DNA of 64,000 nucleotides from an uncultured Collinsella sp. (GTDB lineage Bacteria; Actinomycetota; Coriobacteriia; Coriobacteriales; Coriobacteriaceae): NCBI GenBank assembly GCA_900758475.1, contig CAAERQ010000007.1, positions 16,753 to 80,752 of the forward strand, read 5' to 3'. Shown piece by piece: positions 9,416 to 18,658 of this stretch (position 1 is its first letter; each line of letters starts with the position of its first letter). The notes under the pieces were generated by a model. It saw only the letters and a program-made list of their open reading frames with translations, ran no database searches and was not told where the DNA came from. The position numbers and the translations under genes were made by a program.

Positions 9416-12166
9416 GTGAGCGATTGCAAGAGGGTTTACCGTTTTGGAACCAATGCCCAGGGCACTTGTGTCACCGAAGGCGACAAGTCCATGAACTTCG
9501 TGCTTGGCGGCAAAGGCGCTAATCTTGCCGAGATGAGCCGTATCGGCCTGCCGGTTCCCGGTGGCTTTACCATTACCTGCCAGACCTGCGTCGAGTACTC
9601 TGGTGCCGGCAACGTCTGGCCCGAAGGCGCACTCGACGAGATCGTTGCCGCCGAGGCAGACCTCGAGGCCCGCTGCGGCAAGAAGCTCGGCGACGCCTCC
9701 GACCCGCTGCTCGTCTCAGTGCGCTCGGGCGCTCCGTTTTCCATGCCCGGCATGATGGACACGGTCCTCAACCTGGGCCTCAACGACGATTCCGTTCAGG
9801 GCCTTATCGCCCAGACGCAAAACCCGCGCTTTGCCTGGGATAGCTACCGTCGCTTTATCCAGATGTTCTCCAACGTCGTCATGGGAGTCGATGCCGACTT
9901 GTTCGAGAATGCCCTGACCCAGGCCCGCCTGGTCGCCGGCGTTCGCGTCGACTCCGAGCTTTCGGCCGAGGACCTGCAGGAGCTCGTCGAGACTTTCAAA
10001 GGCATTTTCTCCGACAACGTCGAGGCCGCCCTGTATCCCGAGCTCGAAGTCGCCGGCGGCAAGCCCGTCTTCCCGCACGACCCGGAGCTCCAGCTGCGCC
10101 TCGCCATCCAGGCCGTCTTTGGTAGCTGGATGAACGAGCGCGCCTGTATCTACCGCAAGCAACACGGTATTTCCGATGACCTTGGCACCGCCGTCAACGT
10201 CCAGGCCATGGCATTTGGCAACAAGGGCGAGACCTCGGCGACCGGCGTCGCCTTTACGCGCAACCCGGCCGACGGCACCAAGGAGTTCTACGGTGACTTT
10301 CTGGTCAACGCCCAGGGCGAGGACGTCGTCGCCGGCATCCGTAACACCGAGCCCATCGCCGACCTCAAGACCACCCCGGGCCTGGAGTCTGCAGGTGAGG
10401 AGCTTGAGCGTGTCTTCCTGACGCTTGAGGATCACTACCGCGACATGTGCGATATCGAGTTCACTATCGAGCAAGGTAAGCTTTGGATGCTCCAGACCCG
10501 CGTGGGCAAGCGTACCGCAACCGCCGCTCTGCGCATCGCTATCGAGATGGTCGAGGAAGGCCTGATCACCCGTGAGGAGGCCGTGAGCCGCATCGACCCC
10601 GCGCAGCTCGACCAGCTCCTGCACCCGCAGTTCGACTCCTCCAAGAAGTACGAGGCGCTCGCACGCGGCCTTAACGCCAGTCCCGGTGCCGCCGTGGGCG
10701 AGGTCGTGTTCTCGAGCGATGACGCCGTCGCGCGTTCTGCCGAGGGCCACAAGGTCATTCTGGTTCGCTGGGAGACCAACCCCGACGACCTGAAGGGTAT
10801 GGTCGCCGCCGAGGGTATCTTGACGAGTCATGGTGGCAAGACGAGCCACGCCGCCGTTATCGCCCGTGGCATGGGTACTCCCTGCGTCTGCGGTGTCGAG
10901 CGTTTCCATATTGACGCGGCCGAGAAGGTCGTGCGTATCGAGGGCAGCGATCGCGTGCTGCACGAGGGCGACATCATCTCCATCGACGGCACTCAAGGCA
11001 TCGTCGTCGACGGCGCCGTCGATCTGGTTTCGGCCGAGCTCACTGGCGACTTGGACACCATCCTGTCCTGGGCCGACGAGATCCGCCTGGACGAGACCGA
11101 CGGTCACGCCAACCACGTGCGCGTCAACGCCGACAACCCCGAGGATGCCGAGCTCGCGCTCGAGTTTGGCGCCGAGGCCATCGGTCTGTGCCGTACCGAG
11201 CACATGTTCCTGGGCGATCGCAAGAACATTATCCTGAGCTTCATCCTGTCCGACGACGAGGCTGTGAAGCAGCAGGCCCTGGCCGATCTGCTCAAGGTTC
11301 AGACTGAGGACTTCTTGGCGATGTTCAAGACCATGTCCGGTCGCGATGTGGTCGTTCGCCTGCTCGATCCGCCGCTTCATGAGTTCCTGGATAATCCTCG
11401 CGAGCTCGAGGTCGCCATCACCAATAAGGAGGCCGCTGGCGCCGGCGAGGAAGAGCTCGCCGCCCTGCGTGCCCGCCTGCGCCGCATCGACGGCATGGTC
11501 GAGTCCAACCCGATGCTCGGCCTGCGCGGCGTGCGCCTGTCCGTCGTCTTCGGTGACCTGCCGCTCATGCAGGTCCGTGCCGTGGCGACGGCTGCCGCCC
11601 GCCTTATCAAGGAAGGCGTCGACCCGCGTCCCGAGATTATGGTCCCGCTCGTTTCCATTACGGCCGAGCACGTTCAGACCCGCGAGGTCATTGAGCGCGT
11701 GATCGCCGAGGTCTCCGCCGAGGAGGGCGTCGAGCTCAACATTCCAGTGGGCACGATGCTCGAGCTGCCGCGCGCCTGCATGGTCGCTGACGAGATTGCA
11801 CAGCACGCCGACTTCTTCTGCTTTGGCACCAACGATCTTACGCAGACGACTTTCGGTTTCTCGCGTGACGACGCCGAGGCCAAGTTCATTCCGCTGTACA
11901 TGCACAAGAAGATCTTGAAGGACAACCCCTTCGAGACTATCGACTCGGCGGTGCTGGAGCTCGTGCGCATGGCCGTCGAGAAGGGTCGTGCCACCAACCC
12001 CGGCATGCACTTTGGCGTGTGCGGTGAGCACGGCGGCGACCCCAAGTCCATCAAGGCCCTGTTTAACGCGGCCGACGTGGACTACGTGTCCTGCTCGCCC
12101 TATCGCGTGCCCCTCGCGCGTCTGGCGGCCGCTCAGGCCAAGCTCGAGGCCAGGCGTTCCGCTTAA
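9416..12166 (+). CDS. ppdK: Pyruvate, phosphate dikinase
   Basis: LGGKGANLAEM, SVRSGA, GGKTSHAAV phospho-His motif, GTNDLTQ, GVCGEHGG. Confidence 0.97.
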   Translation: MSDCKRVYRFGTNAQGTCVTEGDKSMNFVLGGKGANLAEMSRIGLPVPGGFTITCQTCVEYSGAGNVWPEGALDEIVAAEADLEARCGKKLGDASDPLLVSVRSGAPFSMPGMMDTVLNLGLNDDSVQGLIAQTQNPRFAWDSYRRFIQMFSNVVMGVDADLFENALTQARLVAGVRVDSELSAEDLQELVETFKGIFSDNVEAALYPELEVAGGKPVFPHDPELQLRLAIQAVFGSWMNERACIYRKQHGISDDLGTAVNVQAMAFGNKGETSATGVAFTRNPADGTKEFYGDFLVNAQGEDVVAGIRNTEPIADLKTTPGLESAGEELERVFLTLEDHYRDMCDIEFTIEQGKLWMLQTRVGKRTATAALRIAIEMVEEGLITREEAVSRIDPAQLDQLLHPQFDSSKKYEALARGLNASPGAAVGEVVFSSDDAVARSAEGHKVILVRWETNPDDLKGMVAAEGILTSHGGKTSHAAVIARGMGTPCVCGVERFHIDAAEKVVRIEGSDRVLHEGDIISIDGTQGIVVDGAVDLVSAELTGDLDTILSWADEIRLDETDGHANHVRVNADNPEDAELALEFGAEAIGLCRTEHMFLGDRKNIILSFILSDDEAVKQQALADLLKVQTEDFLAMFKTMSGRDVVVRLLDPPLHEFLDNPRELEVAITNKEAAGAGEEELAALRARLRRIDGMVESNPMLGLRGVRLSVVFGDLPLMQVRAVATAAARLIKEGVDPRPEIMVPLVSITAEHVQTREVIERVIAEVSAEEGVELNIPVGTMLELPRACMVADEIAQHADFFCFGTNDLTQTTFGFSRDDAEAKFIPLYMHKKILKDNPFETIDSAVLELVRMAVEKGRATNPGMHFGVCGEHGGDPKSIKALFNAADVDYVSCSPYRVPLARLAAAQAKLEARRSA

Positions 12167-12206
12167 CTGAGTCGCGTTCCATTTGCGCTTTTTACGCCCC
12201 CCTTCG

Positions 12207-12240
12207 CGCCGTCGCGCCCCTGTGGACGCGGCGGCGTTTT
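12207..12240 (+). terminator. Putative ppdK terminator
   Basis: Stem CGCCGTCGCG/CGCGGCGGCG followed by TTTT. Confidence 0.55.
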
Positions 12241-12280
12241 ACGTTGGTTCAATACATTGGCAACTGACGGGAGGACTGCG

Positions 12281-15088
12281 ATGAAAAACCTCACCAGGTA
12301 TTTGCAACGAGCGCGTCGGGGAGCACAGATGGCCCTGTGCTGGGTGGTCGTTGCGGTCACGGCGCTTTGCGGGATGCCGACAGCCGGTTTTGCCCTCCAG
12401 GATGATTCGCGCGACGAGCTCTATGGCGACGTGGTCAACCCGCTCACCATTACGGTCAACGATCGCGACTGCACGTTTGTAGATATCGATGACGGCAAGC
12501 TCGAGGGCCGTACCTCGATGTATGACAACGTCTCGTTCTACACGGCCGCCGTCAAAAAGGTGCTGCCCAACTGGGCATCGCTTGCCTATAACATCCTTGG
12601 CTATGGCGGAGGCGACGACTCCGGTGACTTTTTGTACTGGGACCACGCCGGCAAGGGCTTTGAGAAGGACTTCGGCAAGGGTCACTACATCTATCTTTAT
12701 GATGCGCTTTCGGGCGGCAACGGTGAGCATTCCGATGGTGCCGACAAATCGAAGCAGAGTGGTCTGACATCTGCAAAAAGCCTCAATGCGGTCTACGAGC
12801 GCTTGACCGACGATATCGCCGGCTGTATCGGTCACAAGCTGAAGGGCTTCGATTTCCGTAAAAACGTGCCGCTCGACGGACTGTCGAAAGACACGACTGA
12901 GCAGGACGTCATCTATGCCACCATTGCTTGTGTCGACAAGCTCGGCGGCACCTATCAGTACGATTTCAATGGCTTTGGCATCGCGTTCTATAACTTTAGA
13001 GTTCAGCAGCTCAACAGCGTGAACAAGCTTAACTGTGAGCCCGAGGACGCGCCGGGCTATTCCTTTGTCGATTCTAAGACTGAGCAGGAGCTCGTTACCT
13101 CGGCACTTAACGTCGGCTATGAGGACGCCTCGCAGAGCATCACGCTCGCCCGCGGTACCGAGGAGACGGTCGGCACGAGCACTTCTGAATCCGCATCGTA
13201 TTCCAAAGGCGGCTCGTGGGGCGCATCGGTGAGCCTCAAGGAGTCGCTGGGCGTGCCCGCAACAGCGAGCGAGGAGATCGAGACTTCGTTTTCGGCCGAA
13301 ACCACGATGTCCCAGTTGTGGGAGGCGAGCAAGACCGAGGAACAGTCGATCACAACGACGGACAATCAGTCGGTTACCGTCAATATGACGATCCCGGCGC
13401 ACACGCAGGTCAATAGCAAGCAGACGAGTTCTACCACGACGCTGTCCGAGGACTATGACCAGCCGGTGGGCGTGACGTTCGACGTGATTATCTTTAACAT
13501 GAACGGCGAGTGCTACGACGACAACGCCGCCGTGCAGGAGTTCCATACCGCCGGTTATGACCAGCGCTCGTTCTACACCACCTTTGGCGATCAGTCGACC
13601 GACGCCGTGCAGAACCTGTTCCTACGCTCAATCGCCCATCGTGGCGACGACGGCTACGATACCACCGCCGGAAACGTCACGAGCTGGTCGCATCGCACCA
13701 ACAACCACATGGTGCGCGCCATCGATTGGAATTCGGTCCTGGCCGATCGCGAGGTGCCTTCGCGCAACGGTGGCGCCCCGCGCACGTGCAACGTGCTCAA
13801 TGACATGGCCGCGACCTATCCCATGTCCATTACGGGTTCCAATCTGTCGTTTGAGTCGGTGACGGTCGATACGCAGTTGGGCACGCCACAGCCTATTAAG
13901 CCCATCTCCAAGATTCTCGTCTCGCTGCAGACCGATAAGACCCGAAGGCTTACGGTGGGAGGGGAAGACCCCATCTCTTCCTATCGCGTGCGTGCAAGGG
14001 ACGAGGACGATGTTGACTACTACGGCTTTGTGAAGTCGTCGGGCGACTGGCGCGTGGTGGACAAAAAGGGCAAGGAATGCAAGTCCGACGTCATCGAGAT
14101 CCAGACCGACCCTGTTACCCACGAGCAAGTCGTAGTGGGTAAAAAGGCCGGCACCGCCTACGTAAAGTACTTTATCCCCGAGGACACCTATGTGGACGTG
14201 AACGGGCATGTCTCGACCAATGACGAGATCGACGCCGCGGCCTACAAATATAAGGTAAGTGACGTGGCGCCCGAGCCGTTTAACGGCAACATCAAACTCG
14301 AGGGCTCGGCACAGACCGTCGTCGGCGTCGAGGAAAATCTCAACGGCATCGAAGGCCTGACGGCTACGGTCTATGACACGACGGGCAAGGAAGTCGATAG
14401 GGCCTGCAGCTGGGAGGCCCAGGAGCTCGAGAGCAAGGGCATTTCGGTCGCGACAGGCGGTACGATGACTATCTCGCAACCGGGCACCTTCCATGTTCGC
14501 GCCTTTATTGACGGTGTGTATTCCGATTGGGCCGAGGTCATCGCCGCACTCGCACCGGTCGACCCGATGGCGACCGTGGTCGAGACACCGGTGAGCGTTA
14601 CGTCCGTTTCTTCGGGGGATTCTTCGGCGACGACGGATAGCACGCCCCCTGCCCAGGGAGAGCAGGCCGTTTCCGATGCGAACGCGGCCGAGTCTGCTCC
14701 GGCGAGCGACGATGCCGCTGCAGTGACTGGCGACACCGCGCCCACCGCCGCGAGGGATGCCTCGCCGATTCCTACGGGCCTCGTTACCGTTTTGACCGAT
14801 ATCTGCCGCTACGGCATCGATCACGGCCTCATCAGCACATCAAACAAGGAAGAGATGACCAAGCAGGACTTCGACATCTTAGGCATCCTGTACCTGATGG
14901 CGGACAGCCAGGACCTGGTGCCCCAAGACGCCGAGGACGCGATGAGCGAATGGGTCCATGACAACTATAATGACGAAGAGCTTGCCACCTGGAAGCAGCA
15001 TGCGCTTTCGGTGCTGCTCGAATACGGCTATATTGCGCCCGGAACGACCGTGACGACGCCGACGACTGATGCTGCGGCCGGCGCATAA
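12281..15088 (+). CDS. Large secreted protein (935 aa) with a putative aerolysin/ETX-MTX2-like beta-pore-forming domain, Ig-like domains, a low-complexity linker and a degenerate SLH-like C-terminus
   Basis: SD GGAGG before ATG 12281; Sec signal peptide ending AGFA; Ser/Thr-rich beta-strand region ending QSVTVNMTIPAHT. The ORF is clear, but the domain calls are by eye. Confidence 0.6.
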   Translation: MKNLTRYLQRARRGAQMALCWVVVAVTALCGMPTAGFALQDDSRDELYGDVVNPLTITVNDRDCTFVDIDDGKLEGRTSMYDNVSFYTAAVKKVLPNWASLAYNILGYGGGDDSGDFLYWDHAGKGFEKDFGKGHYIYLYDALSGGNGEHSDGADKSKQSGLTSAKSLNAVYERLTDDIAGCIGHKLKGFDFRKNVPLDGLSKDTTEQDVIYATIACVDKLGGTYQYDFNGFGIAFYNFRVQQLNSVNKLNCEPEDAPGYSFVDSKTEQELVTSALNVGYEDASQSITLARGTEETVGTSTSESASYSKGGSWGASVSLKESLGVPATASEEIETSFSAETTMSQLWEASKTEEQSITTTDNQSVTVNMTIPAHTQVNSKQTSSTTTLSEDYDQPVGVTFDVIIFNMNGECYDDNAAVQEFHTAGYDQRSFYTTFGDQSTDAVQNLFLRSIAHRGDDGYDTTAGNVTSWSHRTNNHMVRAIDWNSVLADREVPSRNGGAPRTCNVLNDMAATYPMSITGSNLSFESVTVDTQLGTPQPIKPISKILVSLQTDKTRRLTVGGEDPISSYRVRARDEDDVDYYGFVKSSGDWRVVDKKGKECKSDVIEIQTDPVTHEQVVVGKKAGTAYVKYFIPEDTYVDVNGHVSTNDEIDAAAYKYKVSDVAPEPFNGNIKLEGSAQTVVGVEENLNGIEGLTATVYDTTGKEVDRACSWEAQELESKGISVATGGTMTISQPGTFHVRAFIDGVYSDWAEVIAALAPVDPMATVVETPVSVTSVSSGDSSATTDSTPPAQGEQAVSDANAAESAPASDDAAAVTGDTAPTAARDASPIPTGLVTVLTDICRYGIDHGLISTSNKEEMTKQDFDILGILYLMADSQDLVPQDAEDAMSEWVHDNYNDEELATWKQHALSVLLEYGYIAPGTTVTTPTTDAAAGA

Positions 15089-15236
15089 GTGCAGAAAGAG
15101 TGCGTGTTTTTGTCTTTTTGCGCACGGGCAAAATAGTTCTTGCAGCCAAGGTTGTGGCGTGTATACTCGAATACGTTTGTTCAACTACGTGCCGGCCAAG
15201 GTGGTACGGCACCTCTAGAAGAGTAAGGAATTGCAC

Positions 15237-15578
15237 ATGGATTACATCCGCGCAATCGAGCGTCAGCAGATCCGCGAGGACATCCCGCAGGTCCGCGTTG
15301 CCGACAACGTCAAGGTCCACTACCGCATTAAGGAAGGCGACCGCGAGCGCATCCAGGTTTTCCAGGGTGACGTCATCCGCATGGCCGGCGCCGGTGCCCG
15401 TGAGACCTTCACCGTCCGCAAGATTTCCTTCGGTGTCGGTGTTGAGCGTACCTTCCCGCTTCACAGCCCCAAGATCGCCAAGCTCGAGGTCGTCCGTCAT
15501 GGTCGCGTCCGTCGCGCCAAGCTGTACTACCTCCGCGACAAGGTGGGCAAGGCTGCTCGCATCCCCGAGAAGCGCTAA
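15237..15578 (+). CDS. rplS: 50S ribosomal protein L19
   Basis: [36 protein letters not shown]. Confidence 0.97.
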   Translation: MDYIRAIERQQIREDIPQVRVADNVKVHYRIKEGDRERIQVFQGDVIRMAGAGARETFTVRKISFGVGVERTFPLHSPKIAKLEVVRHGRVRRAKLYYLRDKVGKAARIPEKR

Positions 15579-15612
15579 GAAGATCGCAGCGTCTGTCCAC
15601 TCGTTTGGACAA

Positions 15613-15642
15613 AAGGGTCACCTTCGGGTGGCCCTTCTTTTT
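15613..15642 (+). terminator. rplS terminator
   Basis: AAGGGTCACC-TTCG-GGTGGCCCTT followed by a T-run. Confidence 0.85.
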
Positions 15643-15671
15643 ATCTGATTTGCATGCAAGGAGGCCCCGAT

Positions 15672-16460
15672 ATGGCCAACATGACGAGTTCGGTTTCGGC
15701 ATCGCAGGTTGCCGGCGAGCTGGCGAGCGCCACGTTTGAGGAGATCCCCGCCCTCGTGGAGCATTATCGTGAGGATCCGCGCCAGCAAGTGATCAAGGCT
15801 TGCGAGCGCGCTCTTAAGCGCCATGCCAAGGAACTTGCCGAGCGCGAGCGCGTCAACGGCATGTACGAGCTGATGCACGAGCTCGGTGGGGATGGCGTGG
15901 TCGTGGGCGTCGACGAGGTGGGTCGCGGCTCGGTGGCCGGTCCTTTGACGGTTTGCGCCGTGTGCCTTCCCATGGAGCCGCGCGTCTGGGGCATCAATGA
16001 TTCCAAAAAGCTCACGCCGGCGCGCCGCGAGCTGCTCTCGGTGAAGATTGCCGAGGTCGCGACGGCGATTGGTTTTTGCCATATTGCGCCTGCGGATATC
16101 GATGATATGGGCATGGCCCGCGCCATCCGCGCTGCCGTCGCGGGCGCCGTGGCCGATACGGGGCTCGAGCCCGATTGCGTGCTTATGGACGGTAACCCCT
16201 TGGGCGCCGTTCCCAACGAGCGCGACGTGGTGAAGGGCGATGCCAAAATCGCCTGTATCGCCGCGGCGTCCATCATGGCCAAGGTCACGCGTGACGAGAT
16301 GATGGTCGAGTACGACGCCGAGTATCCCGAGTATCATTTGGCCGAGTCGAAGGGCTACGCAAGCCCCGAGCACATCGAGGCCATTCGCAAACATGGACTT
16401 TGTCCGCTGCATCGTGTGAGCTTTTGCGGAAACTTTCTGCAGACTGAGCGTCTTTTCTAG
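15672..16460 (+). CDS. rnhB: Ribonuclease HII
   Basis: GVDEVGRG, DSKKL, KGDAK, IAAASIMAKVTRD. Confidence 0.96.
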   Translation: MANMTSSVSASQVAGELASATFEEIPALVEHYREDPRQQVIKACERALKRHAKELAERERVNGMYELMHELGGDGVVVGVDEVGRGSVAGPLTVCAVCLPMEPRVWGINDSKKLTPARRELLSVKIAEVATAIGFCHIAPADIDDMGMARAIRAAVAGAVADTGLEPDCVLMDGNPLGAVPNERDVVKGDAKIACIAAASIMAKVTRDEMMVEYDAEYPEYHLAESKGYASPEHIEAIRKHGLCPLHRVSFCGNFLQTERLF

Positions 16461-16649
16461 GTCAATTGTGGAGACAGGGACCTCAGGCGTTTTATAAACC
16501 TGCTGGTAGCGGGCCGTGTGCAACGTGAGTGTTGCGTACGGTCCGTTTTTTGTCGGCATTTGGTCAGCTATTGGTTTGCTTCCGGTACTTACCCGCATGA
16601 AAGGTGCCCTCATCATCGGGGCAATGCAGTGTGCGGGAAAGGAGACCCC

Positions 16650-17135
16650 ATGTGTGCCGCAAGCAAAAAGAGCAAGACGCAGCAACTCAAGGAGCGCTGG
16701 GAAGACGGCGAGCTCGACTGCGGGGCGATTACGCCCGAGTTTATCAAGGGGCTCAGTCCCCGCGAGCTCGGCATGCTGGGCGAGCTGATCACCATCGATT
16801 ACTTTAACGAGCGTGGATACACCTTGTTGGAGCAGGGCTATCGTTGCATTGAGGGTGAAGCCGATCTGGTGCTGCTCGATGAGCTCGACGATGTCGTTGT
16901 GATGGCCGAGGTCAAGACGAGACGCGTCGCCCTGGATTGCACCACGCGGGTCTTTCCCGAGGAGGCCGTGGACGCCCAAAAGCAGCGTCGGTATCGCCGT
17001 ATCGCAAGTTGCTATCTCATGGAGCACTATCCGCTCAGGTCGATTCGCTTCGATGTCGTGGGCGTCACCATCCGCGGCGGGCATGTCGCCGAGATCGAGC
17101 ATCAGTACAATGCGTTCGATTGGCAGGTGTCGTGA
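16650..17135 (+). CDS. yraN: YraN family putative nuclease
   Basis: GEADLV, AEVKTRR, RFDVV; directly upstream of comM. Confidence 0.85.
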   Translation: MCAASKKSKTQQLKERWEDGELDCGAITPEFIKGLSPRELGMLGELITIDYFNERGYTLLEQGYRCIEGEADLVLLDELDDVVVMAEVKTRRVALDCTTRVFPEEAVDAQKQRRYRRIASCYLMEHYPLRSIRFDVVGVTIRGGHVAEIEHQYNAFDWQVS

Positions 17136-18658
17136 TGGCGTTCGAGACGTTTGCCGTGCATGCGGCCTGCATCCGCGGCGTTGAGGCAATTCCCGTTACC
17201 GTCGAGGTCTCGCTTGCCGGTGGCGTTCCGGGCATCCAGATGCTCGGCATTCCGAGTATGGAGGTGATGGAGTCGCGCGGGCGTATCCGGTGCGCCATGC
17301 GCTCGGCCGGCTTCGAGATCCCTCGGTCTGGCATTACCGTCAACCTGGCACCTGGCGATATCCGCAAAACTGGCAGCGGTTTTGACCTGCCGATTGCCAT
17401 CGCGGTTCTGGCGGCCGATGGGCAGATTCCCCGTGACAACCTCGATCATTGCCTTATCGCAGGAGAGCTTGGCCTGGACGGCACGGTGCTACCCGTCAAA
17501 GGCGAGGTGGCGTTTCAGCTGTTGGCGCGCGATATGGGGCTTTCCTTTATCGCCGGTAGGTCCGATCAGCATGTCCCGCTTGCGGGCGTTGACTGCGGGT
17601 TTATCGACCACCTATCTCAGCTTGCCCATGGCATGGGGGATGCCGCACGGCATTACCTGGATTCTGAAGTGCTCGAGGCGACCTTTGAGCCCGAGCTCGA
17701 TTATGCCGACGTTCTGGGGCAGGAGGTCGCCAAACGTGGCATGGCGCTTGCGGCCGCCGGCGAGCTCGGATTGCTCATGATCGGTTCGCCCGGTTCGGGC
17801 AAGACCATGCTTGCGCGGCGCATGACCGGCATCCTGCCCGAGCTTTCTCTCGAGGATCAGCAAGAGGCGCTGTGCATCCATTCGGTCTTGGGCGAGAACA
17901 TCGATGGACTGCTTGCGGGGCATCGCCCCTTCCGCAGTCCGCATCACAGCATTTCGACCGCGGGACTCATCGGCGGCGGGCGTCCGGTGCATCCGGGCGA
18001 AATTAGCCTAGCTCATGGCGGCGTGCTCTTTTTGGACGAGCTCGCCGAGTTTCCCACCGGCGTGCTACAGACGCTGCGTCAGCCCATCGAACGCGGTTAC
18101 GTAAGGATCGTTCGCGTTGACGGGGCCTTTACGTTCCCGTCGCGCTTTCAGCTGCTGGCTGCGAGCAATCCCTGCCCCTGCGGGTTTTTGGGTGATCGTG
18201 AAGTGCCGTGTCGCTGTTCCGCGACGATGGTCGAGCGCTATCGGGGCAAGTTGCGCGGTCCTTTGGCCGATCGTATCGACATGATGATCGACGTGACCCG
18301 CCCCGATCCCCAGGTGATCATTGAGGGCGCTGAGGGTATGTCATCGGCTGATCTGCGCGATTATGTCGTACGTGGGCGCGCCTTTCGCGCCTGGCGTGAA
18401 TCCCGTATGGACGATGCGGACACCGAGGCCGAGGATGATGAGTCGCGGTCCATTGACGGCGTCGTTTCGACCTTTGGGCTTGATGAGGCTGCCGAGAAAT
18501 GCGTGCTTGGCCTGTCGAAGCGTACGCATCTCACGGGTCGCGGCATCGTGCGCCTGGTACGCATCGCACGCACGATCGCCGATGTTGCCGAAAGCGAACG
18601 GGTGACGCAGGATCACGTGCTCGAGGCGGCGATGTACCAGGGAAGGAGGGATCAATAA
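17135..18658 (+). CDS. comM: YifB/ComM Mg-chelatase-like AAA+ helicase
   Basis: GSPGSGKTMLA, PFRSPHH, GEISLAHGGVLFLDE, NPCPCG. Confidence 0.93.
   Translation: MAFETFAVHAACIRGVEAIPVTVEVSLAGGVPGIQMLGIPSMEVMESRGRIRCAMRSAGFEIPRSGITVNLAPGDIRKTGSGFDLPIAIAVLAADGQIPRDNLDHCLIAGELGLDGTVLPVKGEVAFQLLARDMGLSFIAGRSDQHVPLAGVDCGFIDHLSQLAHGMGDAARHYLDSEVLEATFEPELDYADVLGQEVAKRGMALAAAGELGLLMIGSPGSGKTMLARRMTGILPELSLEDQQEALCIHSVLGENIDGLLAGHRPFRSPHHSISTAGLIGGGRPVHPGEISLAHGGVLFLDELAEFPTGVLQTLRQPIERGYVRIVRVDGAFTFPSRFQLLAASNPCPCGFLGDREVPCRCSATMVERYRGKLRGPLADRIDMMIDVTRPDPQVIIEGAEGMSSADLRDYVVRGRAFRAWRESRMDDADTEAEDDESRSIDGVVSTFGLDEAAEKCVLGLSKRTHLTGRGIVRLVRIARTIADVAESERVTQDHVLEAAMYQGRRDQ

Noticed and set aside
9716..12031. 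771-aa minus-strand ORF
   Set aside because: Antisense shadow of ppdK.
12239..14824. Minus-strand ORFs (435 aa and 398 aa) as a possible immunity gene for the putative toxin
   Set aside because: They lie almost entirely antisense to the 935-aa gene and have the composition typical of shadow frames.
15166..15182. Possible LexA box upstream of rplS (CGAATACGTTTG)
   Set aside because: Spacing does not fit GAAC-N4-GTTC, and it directly follows the rplS -10 element.
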